In this document: positions 18,064 through 27,525 of the stretch, piece by piece
Numbering within the stretch: position 1 is the stretch's first letter
Layout of the letters: each line of letters opens with the position of its first letter
NCBI GenBank assembly: GCA_041686095.1
Contig: JAWLEN010000005.1
Location: 1-50,051, forward strand
Length of the DNA stretch: 50,051 bases
Source of the DNA: Candidatus Aminicenantes bacterium
GTDB taxonomy: Bacteria > Acidobacteriota > Aminicenantia > Aminicenantales > Aminicenantaceae
Reading direction: 5' to 3'
Position numbers and translations under genes: made by a program
The notes under the pieces: generated by a model
Told to the model about the DNA's origin: nothing
What the model saw: only the letters and a program-made list of their open reading frames with translations
Database searches by the model: none

Positions 18064-20196
18064 TTATTTTATTCTCAAATCAAAGACTCCATCCCAATGT
18101 AAAGGAGGAGGACTTTTTTCAAATTCCATACATCTTTCAACGTATAATCCAGCTAAATCATCTCCCTTTATATTTTGAAATAAGGCCTTTGCGTTCTTCC
18201 ATTCCCTGTTTTTATAAAGGATAAGTGCCTCTTGAAAATCAGAAACCAATTTCATTTGGGAATCATCCATTTTGTCTTTTTCAGCAATGATCTCAAAGAC
18301 CTTCACCGGCCTGCTTTTTCCCACCACTCTAATCACATCCACTTCCCTGGTCAATATCTTGTCTCTAATTTGATGAAAGGTTTCCTCACCTATGAGTATA
18401 GAGACTCTATACTGTTTACACGCTCCTTCCAGCCTGGAGGCAAGATTGACAGTATCTCCTATAGCGGTGTAATCAAACCGCCTGCGTGATCCCATATTCC
18501 CCACTACTGCAGGCCCGGTGTTGATTCCAATCCTCATAAATAATTCATGTCCATATTGAGACTTTAGATGGCTTCTCATCTTCTTCAGATTTTTTTGACA
18601 GCCCAAAGCTGCCCGACAAGCATTGTAAGCATGATTCTCCTGCTCAAGAGGTGCATTCCAGAATGCAATGATGGCATCTCCCTCATATTTATCCAAAGTT
18701 CCTTGATAACTGAGAATGATATCGCTCATTTCTGAAAGATATAGATTCAGGAGCTCGACCAGTTCTTCAGGAGACAATCCTTCAGATATGGAAGTGAACC
18801 CTTTTATATCTGTAAAAAAAGAAGTTATTTCCCTTTTGTCCCCTCCCAGTTTTAAAAGGCCTGGGTCATCGACAATCATATCAATGAGGGACGGAGAAAG
18901 ATAAAACCGGAATACATTTTTTATAAAACGGCGCTGTCTGCCTTCTAGACTGTAATTCAAAAGAGCCGCGCCTAAAAAAGCAATGAGCACAGCAAATTCA
19001 GGAGCGACAAATTCCAACCAATAACCTGAAAAGAAAAAAACAATAGAGGCCACCGCAGGAAGAGCTAAACAAACAATAAAAAAAAGACTGATGACCCAAG
19101 GTCTTTTTAAAAGTGAAACGCCCACTCCAGTAAAAAGAGTGAAAAACAGAATAAAAAACAAAACCACTGGTTTCCCAGGAAAAGAAATAAAATCCTTGTT
19201 TAAAATATTATTAAGAAGTGTCGCCTGAACCTCTACACCAGGATACACAGAACTAAAAGGAGTGGATCTAAGGTCAAAAATCCCGGGAGCACTGGACCCG
19301 ATGAATACCGCTTTTCCCTCAAATTCGCCCGGGGGAATCTGGGGATCCAGCCCCTCATTTATCTGGGCCCACGAATTGATAATGGAAGCGACTGAATAGG
19401 TCGGATAAGTTCCCTGCGGACCATAATATTTTATAACCATCTGGCCTGAATCATCTAAAGGAATTTTCCTGTTTTCTAACCAGATGCTCCGGTTATCTTT
19501 GGCATGTATTTTCCCACAGCTGACAAACTCTGAAACCTCTAAAGGAAGCGCAGGTATGGTCATCTCCTCATAAGAAAAAAGAAGGGGTATACGGCGGTAT
19601 ATCCCATCTTCATCCGGAGAAAATCTTACATTCCCAACTCCTCTTAACCCAGGAAGAAGCTCTTTGACTGGAAGAGTGACAGAGTTCATCTGATAAACAG
19701 GATCAGTGCCTTTCTCTGACAATTCCCATGTGAACGGCTTTAAAACATCTGGATCTAATTCCATAAACTCATCTTGCTTCTGGCTTAAGAATACTGGCAG
19801 GAAAACATTTCCCGCCTCCTTTATAGACGAAGCAAAAACAAGGTCATCTTGGACTCCATATAATGAGGATTCAGAAAAAATCAAATCAAAACAGATGGCT
19901 TTGGCTCCCCCTTGGTGCAGGTAATTCACCAAGTAGGAATAAAATTCTCTGGGCCAGGGCCAAGGAAGCCCCTGCTGTTTTTCATACACATCCAGGCTGT
20001 ACTGATCAATGAGAAAAAGTACGATATCTTTATCTGCTTGAGAAGCCTCTGAAAAAAGCCTGAGTCTTAGATCCCATGATTTCCATTCAAGGGACTGAAA
20101 AAGCTGAAACTCATGAAGCAGAAAAATCAAAAAAAATGAGGCCAAACCAATAAGGGTCCCCCTGAAAATTTTTCCTTTTATATTGAATCGGCCCAA
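18064..20196 (-). CDS. CHASE2-domain class III adenylate cyclase
   Basis: CHASE2 motifs (IDQYSL, WPWPR, FDLIFSE, DEDGIYRR, GVEVQA), 3 TM, FTDIKGFT, DKYEGDA, RIGINTG, YTAIGDTVNLASRLE, VVGK. Confidence 0.93.
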   Translation of the reverse strand: MGRFNIKGKIFRGTLIGLASFFLIFLLHEFQLFQSLEWKSWDLRLRLFSEASQADKDIVLFLIDQYSLDVYEKQQGLPWPWPREFYSYLVNYLHQGGAKAICFDLIFSESSLYGVQDDLVFASSIKEAGNVFLPVFLSQKQDEFMELDPDVLKPFTWELSEKGTDPVYQMNSVTLPVKELLPGLRGVGNVRFSPDEDGIYRRIPLLFSYEEMTIPALPLEVSEFVSCGKIHAKDNRSIWLENRKIPLDDSGQMVIKYYGPQGTYPTYSVASIINSWAQINEGLDPQIPPGEFEGKAVFIGSSAPGIFDLRSTPFSSVYPGVEVQATLLNNILNKDFISFPGKPVVLFFILFFTLFTGVGVSLLKRPWVISLFFIVCLALPAVASIVFFFSGYWLEFVAPEFAVLIAFLGAALLNYSLEGRQRRFIKNVFRFYLSPSLIDMIVDDPGLLKLGGDKREITSFFTDIKGFTSISEGLSPEELVELLNLYLSEMSDIILSYQGTLDKYEGDAIIAFWNAPLEQENHAYNACRAALGCQKNLKKMRSHLKSQYGHELFMRIGINTGPAVVGNMGSRRRFDYTAIGDTVNLASRLEGACKQYRVSILIGEETFHQIRDKILTREVDVIRVVGKSRPVKVFEIIAEKDKMDDSQMKLVSDFQEALILYKNREWKNAKALFQNIKGDDLAGLYVERCMEFEKSPPPLHWDGVFDLRIK

Positions 20197-20237
20197 TTTC
20201 TTTTCTTATGAATGTTCTGTGCTAGAAAAAATTCACC

Positions 20238-21155
20238 TCACTTAAGTCCCTGAACAGCTTTGTTAAATCTCATGCTCCGGACCTGTACTTTTTCAGGAAT
20301 ATAAGTCAATGATGACATTTCCTTTTGAGCCCGTTCAATCCTATCGGCAGCGCTGGGGTGTGTTTTAAACCAACCCTTTGCATCCTTCCGGGAAGATTCT
20401 TGCTTCATTGTCTCCAGAAAACCGACAAGTCGGTTGGGATCATATCCTGTTTGAGAGGTGATTTTCATGGAAAGACGGTCTGCTTCATATTCATATTTTC
20501 TATCATAGCCCCTTTCTATCAGCTTTTCTGCGATATCGCTTAAAGCCCCCTCAAAAATATCTGTTAATTTATTCAGCTTTTCAGGACCATATTTTTGCAC
20601 TGCTTTTTGCCCTATGAGAGTGAATGCATCGATCAAGCGTGAATTTTTTATGGCCCGGAGACCATGTTTTTCCTGCACATGACCGACTTCATGGGCTAAA
20701 ATGCAGCCGAGCATATCCTCGTCTTGACATCTTTTCAACAAACCTTTGCTTATAAAGATAAAACCAGATGGAGCCGAGAGGGCATTGACTTCTTCTGTGT
20801 CCAGAATGAGGAAATGGTAGCCTGCATAAGTCTCTGGTCTGTCAGAGTGAAAAACAACTGCTTTGCCCACTTTATTTACATACTGATTTAAAGCCTCATC
20901 ATTATAAACCGAATATCTGGATAGGATTATGGCGGAGACAGCCCGGCCAATATAATATTCTTCTTCTTCGGAAATATCTCCAAAACTTGAACGCACCGCT
21001 TTAGTGGCCTTGGTTGCGGTTTCTTTGTCAGCCTTAACGACTTTACTCACTTTATCAAAAATACCCGCTCCCTCTTCCATGACAGAACAACTGATGATCA
21101 TCAAAGTTAAAAATAAACAGCAAGTCAACACAGCCATTGTCTTTTTATTTCTCAT
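20238..21155 (-). CDS. M48 family zinc metalloprotease, lipoprotein
   Basis: IISC lipobox, VNALSAPSG, LAHEVGHV, EYEAD, THPSAADRI. Confidence 0.9.
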   Translation of the reverse strand: MRNKKTMAVLTCCLFLTLMIISCSVMEEGAGIFDKVSKVVKADKETATKATKAVRSSFGDISEEEEYYIGRAVSAIILSRYSVYNDEALNQYVNKVGKAVVFHSDRPETYAGYHFLILDTEEVNALSAPSGFIFISKGLLKRCQDEDMLGCILAHEVGHVQEKHGLRAIKNSRLIDAFTLIGQKAVQKYGPEKLNKLTDIFEGALSDIAEKLIERGYDRKYEYEADRLSMKITSQTGYDPNRLVGFLETMKQESSRKDAKGWFKTHPSAADRIERAQKEMSSLTYIPEKVQVRSMRFNKAVQGLK

Positions 21156-21637
21156 TCTTTCCCCCTGAATTCCCCTAATCTGCCTCTTTTCAGAAAAGAT
21201 TTTATCTCAGAGGAAGAAATGTCTATCTCCAGCATTTTATCCACCATAGCAAAACTTATGTTTGGATTTCTGGCCTTATATTTTCCTTCTACCTGTTTGT
21301 TAAATCCTTTCCCCGCCAGAGCAACTTCATCCGCAGATGTCTCTGTCTTTAGAGAATCCGCCACTTGAAGCAGAGCGAATTGTTTTGGCTTGACCGCACT
21401 GATATGAACCCAACCTGTTAATCCCTGAGAACTTTTTACTTTGATCCAACTGCCCTGGACTTCAAGTTGTTCCACACTTTCTCCGTTTTTAAGAACCGCA
21501 AGGGACTGAGCATAAAACTGAGGTGCTTCTCTTAAATGAGTGATTTTGATCTTGACCACAAATGATTTAGCGATAAGAAGAGTAACAAGAAGAAAAAATA
21601 AAACCAGGAATACAGTCAATACAGAAGGCTTTTTCAT
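21152..21637 (-). CDS. Secreted SH3b-domain protein
   Basis: Signal peptide, LREAP..., WIKVK...GWVH, then ADEVALAGKGF; 4-nt overlap with the M48 gene. Confidence 0.8.
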   Translation of the reverse strand: MKKPSVLTVFLVLFFLLVTLLIAKSFVVKIKITHLREAPQFYAQSLAVLKNGESVEQLEVQGSWIKVKSSQGLTGWVHISAVKPKQFALLQVADSLKTETSADEVALAGKGFNKQVEGKYKARNPNISFAMVDKMLEIDISSSEIKSFLKRGRLGEFRGKE

Positions 21638-21807
21638 CTAAGTCTCCTCCTCATTACGTTATTGGAAGCTAAAAGTCTTTCATTCTTATGGATGATAGTA
21701 TAATGAAAGATTTATTCAGTCAATATTAATTTAAGGCTCATGCACCAGCCTTTTAATCATCTTCCAAGTATTGACATAAGTGTCAAATGTTCTATCTTAT
21801 TAATAGA

Positions 21808-22551
21808 ATGACATTAAAAAAATTATTAGCTCCTTTTTTGTCTGTTTTTTTACTCGCAGCCTTGTTATATCCACAGAGTCTGGTTGAACTGGCCAAAAAA
21901 GAAAAAGAAAGAAGGGCTAAATTAAGCGGACAATCCAGCATAGTTCTCACCAATGCTGATCTTAAAAAAATAAAAAAGGGGGCTGCTCTAATAACCAGTA
22001 ATTTGAATCTTCCTCAGAAAAACCAGTCGGAGAGCATCCCTTTAAACTCTAGGACTCTTGGGCCAAAAGTCAACCCTCTTCAAAATAGGGATCAAATGGA
22101 TCAGAGAGAATTCGACAGCCGCAGCAAAAGATATGGAACCAAAGTGATGGACTCCACAGAAAGAGTCCAGAGCCCATCTTCATCCCTTTACAAGCCGGAC
22201 GGAAGCTTTGCAAAAGTTGAATATTACGGCTTCCTTGATCTGGAGCTTGAAGCGGAAAATAAAAACGGACCTGATATTGGTGTGTATGCAAGACGTCAGC
22301 AAACCGGAGTCCTGCCATTTACCCTGAACTATGCCCTGTTTGCCATGGATAATGATGGAGAATGGAAATACTTAGGGACTGGCAGCGGAATCCAAAGCCC
22401 AGAGGTTTTTGAACTGGGAGAGGTCTCAGGCACTCAAAAAATCAGAATCCTGTTTAGAGATTACACAGACACAAATACCATCAAACGCATCAAACCTCAT
22501 TCAGAGGAATATTACATGGAAATAGATGCCGTTGAATATCTGCATTTCTGA
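21808..22551 (+). CDS. Secreted hypothetical protein
   Basis: Signal-like MTLKKLLAPFLSVFLLAALLYP, then QSLVELAKKEKERR...LTNADL; alternative start at 21787. Confidence 0.7.
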   Translation: MTLKKLLAPFLSVFLLAALLYPQSLVELAKKEKERRAKLSGQSSIVLTNADLKKIKKGAALITSNLNLPQKNQSESIPLNSRTLGPKVNPLQNRDQMDQREFDSRSKRYGTKVMDSTERVQSPSSSLYKPDGSFAKVEYYGFLDLELEAENKNGPDIGVYARRQQTGVLPFTLNYALFAMDNDGEWKYLGTGSGIQSPEVFELGEVSGTQKIRILFRDYTDTNTIKRIKPHSEEYYMEIDAVEYLHF

Positions 22552-22552
22552 A

Positions 22553-23803
22553 TCATTCAGCAGACGGCTTAAATTCAGCCAATACCTCTGAAACAGCGTC
22601 TTTATGGACCATAAAGGTCAGCATTTTAAGTTTCACGTAATCATCCCTGAAAAAATAATAACCTTTGAAATCTCCTTGCTGAGCACTGCTTCCTGAATCT
22701 TTAATCAGAAACCACTCATGGCCATCCAGTTCACTCATCCCAACCGCGTGAATGGCGTGGTCATCAAAAGTAGTCCTGTTGTCAAATCGGTATTCACGGC
22801 TGTCCTGATTTATTAACTGAAACGGAATATCATAGGAAGGAATGATGGCTAGATCTTCATCCCCGCTCTTTCCGGGCTCAGATACATCACCGCCTAAAGC
22901 CACAGTATATCCTTTTTCCAGCGCTCCCTTAACAGACTGAAAAAATACATCCAAAGGCACATTATAATAAACATCACTGTGCCACCAATTGTCAGGGACT
23001 TTATATTCGCCCTGGGTATAAAAAGGAAAGTATTTCAGGCTCATCAAAGTAACATAACTGTCCAAGGGAAGCTGGAGCACATCCTCCAAGTATTGTTTTG
23101 GAGTCAAGGTTTGACCGTCTATCTCAATAGTCTCAGGAGGTTTCCCCATATGCTTATTCAATATTTGTTTGACATAATTGACCGCTTTTTCCTCATCCCA
23201 ATATTCGTTTTCTTTACAGAAATTCAAATAATCCCTGATCTCACGAAACAACTTCCCATGATTGTGTTCAGTCTCTCCGGAAAGAAGGCCTGTGTAGGCA
23301 TCAGCGGGGAGAGCTCCGTATTGCTTCATCCTCTCAATCACAGCATTGTGTTCAGATCCTTGACCGAGATGCATGTCTCCCTTGTTCTGTATAAAATACC
23401 TTGCTTTTTCTACATACTCCCAATACACGGTGAACATTTCTGAGAGTTTGATATCCCCTTTTCCGAGACGTTTTAATTCTGATTCCAACAAAGAAGTCGT
23501 GGCAAAACACCAGCAGGTGCCTGTCCAATACTGTCGTATAGGTGGGTTATGAAAATGAGCGGCGAATTGATCTAAAGAGGATGGTTTGTTTATCTCTGAA
23601 AAGTCAGCAGAAAGATAAGTGCGCTCTTGGCCCCTGAATTCTCTGGTTTTATAAACAGCTTCGCTGGCTTCCTGGAATTCCTCATCCCCAATCTGAATGA
23701 CTGTTTTTTGGACGACTTCTTCTTTTTTTGAACATGAAACAAAAGAAAAATTGATAAAAATTAATAAGAAAAAAACTAGAAAGATTGCCTTAAATGTCCT
23801 CAT
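22553..23803 (-). CDS. C1 (C1B, aminopeptidase C-like) cysteine peptidase, lipoprotein
   Basis: FVSC lipobox, QYWTGTCWCF, LSEMF, DDHAIH, LIKDSG; SD GGAGG. Confidence 0.88.
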   Translation of the reverse strand: MRTFKAIFLVFFLLIFINFSFVSCSKKEEVVQKTVIQIGDEEFQEASEAVYKTREFRGQERTYLSADFSEINKPSSLDQFAAHFHNPPIRQYWTGTCWCFATTSLLESELKRLGKGDIKLSEMFTVYWEYVEKARYFIQNKGDMHLGQGSEHNAVIERMKQYGALPADAYTGLLSGETEHNHGKLFREIRDYLNFCKENEYWDEEKAVNYVKQILNKHMGKPPETIEIDGQTLTPKQYLEDVLQLPLDSYVTLMSLKYFPFYTQGEYKVPDNWWHSDVYYNVPLDVFFQSVKGALEKGYTVALGGDVSEPGKSGDEDLAIIPSYDIPFQLINQDSREYRFDNRTTFDDHAIHAVGMSELDGHEWFLIKDSGSSAQQGDFKGYYFFRDDYVKLKMLTFMVHKDAVSEVLAEFKPSAE

Positions 23804-23894
23804 GAAATCCTCCCTTGATTAACCTGACTCGCGAATCAATCAGATTAAGTGTTTGATGAAATCTATTGAAACACATAGACTCCTATGATAATCA

Positions 23895-24965
23895 TTAATC
23901 AGGAAAATGCAAATGAAAAGAAGCAAGCATTTCTTTGAGGTCCAGGTATTCAATTTGAGATGTTTCTGAGTTAAAATACTTTAGATATAATTTCCCGTCC
24001 CTTTCAACAAAACCGTACATATCCAAAACATACTCGCCCAAAACATTTTTATCTATTTTTTTTGGAATAAAGGTATTATATAACACATACTCAGTCTCAA
24101 CCCGACCCTTACTCTCCTTAGGCATCTTAATACAAATAAGCCACTGGTTGTCTTGGGTAGAATTGATTATCTGAAAAACAGCTTCATTATCTCTGTCAAT
24201 CTCCACTCCCGAAGCCTTATCTGTATCCATTAATACCGCGCTCTCATCTTGGCTTAAGTAAATGGCATTCACAGATTGAATTTCTTTTTCTGTTTCTATC
24301 TCAGAAATACAGGTGACATCTGTTTCTGATCCTTTGTACACACCCTGAATCTCCAGTCTTAAGATATAATGGACCGCATCCGCCGGGCTTCCGATCTCTG
24401 TGGCTTTTTCTCTTTGATAACTGTCAACAACGCTCTCTTTGAATTCTCTCAGTCCTGTCCATGATAAGGGGAAATTTAAAACCTGTTCATCTTGAGTGTC
24501 CTGAAGCTCTATGACATATTCTTTTTCATATCTCACAGCATAATATTGCACCGCTATTTCAGAGACATGCGCTTCAGGACTGATCCCCACATAAAAGCTG
24601 ACTCTCATCTGCTTAACTCTGTTATAATTATAGAACGACTCATCACTGCTTGCGAACCCATTTATGATATTTAAAGTTCTGGTGTTTTCTGGTATCTTGA
24701 AAAACAAGGCTTCTCCTATTCCATCCCCGGGCATTCCTTCAGCCCAGCATGTAGCCCTGTCCCCATCAAACATCCTGACCCCTGAAAAAATTCCAGGATT
24801 AAAAGGATCGGGCTCAGGATTCTCATGTTCTGATGTGACTTGATACAAAACATTATTTTGCCAAGAATAAAGAATTATCTGCTCCCATTGGACGGCTGAA
24901 GAGTATAGACAGACAAGAGAAAACAAAATAGAAAACAAAACAGATGCTTTCATTGTTCTTTTCAT
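23895..24965 (-). CDS. Secreted protein with discoidin/glycan-binding-like domain
   Basis: Start at 24965 after GAGG; signal peptide; MFDGDRATCWAEG..GDGIGE, IINGF, NRVK, DVTCISEI. Confidence 0.7.
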   Translation of the reverse strand: MKRTMKASVLFSILFSLVCLYSSAVQWEQIILYSWQNNVLYQVTSEHENPEPDPFNPGIFSGVRMFDGDRATCWAEGMPGDGIGEALFFKIPENTRTLNIINGFASSDESFYNYNRVKQMRVSFYVGISPEAHVSEIAVQYYAVRYEKEYVIELQDTQDEQVLNFPLSWTGLREFKESVVDSYQREKATEIGSPADAVHYILRLEIQGVYKGSETDVTCISEIETEKEIQSVNAIYLSQDESAVLMDTDKASGVEIDRDNEAVFQIINSTQDNQWLICIKMPKESKGRVETEYVLYNTFIPKKIDKNVLGEYVLDMYGFVERDGKLYLKYFNSETSQIEYLDLKEMLASFHLHFPD

Positions 24966-24990
24966 CTTTAACCTCTCTTCTAAACTTTGC

Positions 24991-27525
24991 TTAACTCGAT
25001 AATTCTTTGGACTGCATCCCGCTGTTTTGAGCATATGTCTTAGCCACTTCAATGAAGTGCTCTACTACCTCAGGATCAAACTGTTCCCCTGATTTATTGA
25101 CAATTTCTTTAACCGCATAATTATGGGAATTGGCTTTTCGGTAAGGACGCTCTGAAGTGATGGCGTCATAGGTATCCGCTATAGCCATGATCCGGGAACC
25201 AATGGGGATTTCCAAACTTTTCAATCCATCTGGATAGCCTTTCCCATCATACCTCTCATGGTGGTGTCTTATGACTTTAGCTACCTTATTCAATTCCACC
25301 ACAGGTTTGAGTATTTTCTCTCCATGAATCGGATGCTGTTGGATAATAAGGATTTCTTCTTTTGTTAATTTATCTTTTTTGTGAAGTATCTTTTCAGGAA
25401 CAGCGATTTTCCCTATATCATGAAGTATGGTGGCTACCTCCAGATCTTTTTGCTCTCTCTCGTTTAGGCCCATCTTCTCGGCGATCTTTAAAGAAATTTC
25501 AGTCACTCGAGCAGAATGAGCACGGGTATACTCATCTTTAGCTTCCAGAGCAGAGACCAAAGACTTAGTCATAGCCACAAACAGGGACCTCTGCCGCTCA
25601 GCAAGGTCACTGGTTCTCATTTTAAGATTTCGATTGGCCAGTGCTAAGTCTGCCTCTGCCTTCCTCATCCTGAGCTGAGAACGGATTCTGGCTTTTAATT
25701 CTGTGGAATCAAACGGCTTGCTTATGTAATCATCAGCACCGGAGTCAATACCTTCGGCCAACATTTCCGCCCCAGTTCGGGCAGTTACCAGAATCACCGG
25801 AGTGTGTTTGAGATTTTCATCTTCTTTGACTTTTTTGCAAAACATATGCCCATTCATTCCGGGCATCATAACATCGCACAGAACAAGGTCGGACATCTTT
25901 TCTGAAATAACTTTTAATCCCTCTTCAGCAGATACACACAGGTCTAAGTCATATTCATCCTGAAGAATTAACTCCATAAGCTTTAACACTTCTGGATTAT
26001 CATCAATAACCAAAAGCCTGTATTCATGCCCGCCTCCGGTTGACTTGGCTTTTTTCGGCATATCCATCTGTTCAATATCAATGAGCTGAAGTTTTTTAAA
26101 GTCTGTGACAATATCCTGCACTTTGGGATGTTCGGTGTCAGTGGCTCTCTTTTTTAGAGCCACTGGTTTATCTTCCTCTCTCCGGTCAATCACATCCCTA
26201 GTGTAATGACTGTCTCCCTTTCTCAACTCGACAATAAACCGGGAGCCTCTACCCAATTCGCTTTGGGCTTTTATTTTACCGCTGTGCAGTTTTACGATCT
26301 CATAAGCCAGTGAAAGACCGATTCCTGTTCCTGCGTGCTGACGGGAAAGGGATCCATCAATCTGAGAAAACCGGTCAAATATATTGGCCAATTTATCCTT
26401 AGGCATGCCGATACCTGTATCTTCCACTGTCAAAACAATTCGGTTATCTGTTTCCTCCAAATAAACAGTGATTCTTCCACCTTCATTGGTGAATTTAACC
26501 GCATTGGACAGCAGATTTAAAATGACTTTTTCAAAATGGTCCGGATCTATAGTGACTTCCATTTTGTGGGGAGGATGCTGGAAATAGAGAGTGATTTTTT
26601 TCTGATCAGCCAAGGGTTTGACCGAAGAAAGAAGAGAATTGATATACTCGACAAAATCTATACTTTTGATTTTAAGCCTCATCTGACCTTCTTCTAATTT
26701 TGTCAGGTCCAAAAGGTTGTTAATGAGCTTGAGAAGCTTTAATCCATTCTTTTTCAGGGTTACCAGTGCATCTCTCTGTTTTGGAGTAATCCGGCCCATC
26801 TTGCCATCTATAATTGGATTTAATGGAGCCAGCATCAAAGTCAAAGGAGTGCGCAGCTCATGATTGACGTTAGCAAAAAACTGGGTTTTTAGTTCATCTA
26901 GGCTTTTGAGCTTTATGTTTGATTCCCTCAGTTTCTTGGAGGTCTCTTCCAGTCTGATAAGACTTCTCAAACCCCGGCGTCTAATGGTGTCCATTACATA
27001 GGAGGCAAATCCTCCGATGATAATGATTGAGCTGAGAAAAAATATATTATTAAACATGATCCTCCAGTCAAGCTTTTCCAATTGGATCATCACCAAACTG
27101 GGAACCACATAACTGGCCCATACCACTGAGGAGACAATCAAAGCTTCCCGGGTGGTGAAAGGAAGAAGAGCCATCATACACATGATAATCAGGGTCAGCC
27201 CCTGGTAATAGCTGCTCATAAATCCGCCCATGATCTGTATCATGATGGCAATGCCAAAAGCGTCGATAATGAGAAGAGCCATTCCCAAAGTTAAAAGGCT
27301 GCGGATAGAGTGAGCTTTACGGTGGAGAATTAACAGAACCGCGTTTAAAATAATCACCACCAGCCGGATGATCAAAAATTCAATAATATATTCAGGAGTG
27401 TAAATGAGGTCTAAGATCAGAAAACCCGGATAAAATACCATGCTGAGAATGATAGACAGTTTGACTCTGCCCCGCAGGTCATATTCCTTAAAATACCTTT
27501 TCAAAAATTCCTTACTTTCGCTCAT
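24991..27525 (-). CDS. 6TM hybrid histidine kinase-REC-HD-GYP phosphodiesterase
   Basis: Six TM helices; FFANVNHELRTPL, NLLSNAVKFT, DTGIG, GTGIGL; REC IDDN..CDVMMP..TAR..KPF; HSARV, LHDIGK, HHERYDGKGYP, ADTYDA, RPYR. Confidence 0.93.
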   Translation of the reverse strand: MSESKEFLKRYFKEYDLRGRVKLSIILSMVFYPGFLILDLIYTPEYIIEFLIIRLVVIILNAVLLILHRKAHSIRSLLTLGMALLIIDAFGIAIMIQIMGGFMSSYYQGLTLIIMCMMALLPFTTREALIVSSVVWASYVVPSLVMIQLEKLDWRIMFNNIFFLSSIIIIGGFASYVMDTIRRRGLRSLIRLEETSKKLRESNIKLKSLDELKTQFFANVNHELRTPLTLMLAPLNPIIDGKMGRITPKQRDALVTLKKNGLKLLKLINNLLDLTKLEEGQMRLKIKSIDFVEYINSLLSSVKPLADQKKITLYFQHPPHKMEVTIDPDHFEKVILNLLSNAVKFTNEGGRITVYLEETDNRIVLTVEDTGIGMPKDKLANIFDRFSQIDGSLSRQHAGTGIGLSLAYEIVKLHSGKIKAQSELGRGSRFIVELRKGDSHYTRDVIDRREEDKPVALKKRATDTEHPKVQDIVTDFKKLQLIDIEQMDMPKKAKSTGGGHEYRLLVIDDNPEVLKLMELILQDEYDLDLCVSAEEGLKVISEKMSDLVLCDVMMPGMNGHMFCKKVKEDENLKHTPVILVTARTGAEMLAEGIDSGADDYISKPFDSTELKARIRSQLRMRKAEADLALANRNLKMRTSDLAERQRSLFVAMTKSLVSALEAKDEYTRAHSARVTEISLKIAEKMGLNEREQKDLEVATILHDIGKIAVPEKILHKKDKLTKEEILIIQQHPIHGEKILKPVVELNKVAKVIRHHHERYDGKGYPDGLKSLEIPIGSRIMAIADTYDAITSERPYRKANSHNYAVKEIVNKSGEQFDPEVVEHFIEVAKTYAQNSGMQSKELSS

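Noticed and set aside
15586-20196. Pycsar/CBASS-like antiphage system (cyclase + cNMP membrane effector)
   Set aside because: The cyclase is a membrane CHASE2 enzyme with adenine-specifying Lys/Thr, the effector is an MscS, and there is no defence-island context; not formally excluded
23819-23875. Imperfect inverted repeats between the C1 peptidase and the upstream gene
   Set aside because: Weak AT-rich stems without a U-tract; cannot call a terminator or riboswitch
24966-25052. N-terminal extension of the 23895 ORF (similarly dut 46418-46471)
   Set aside because: Overlaps the upstream gene; better SD-supported starts exist at 24965 and 46417
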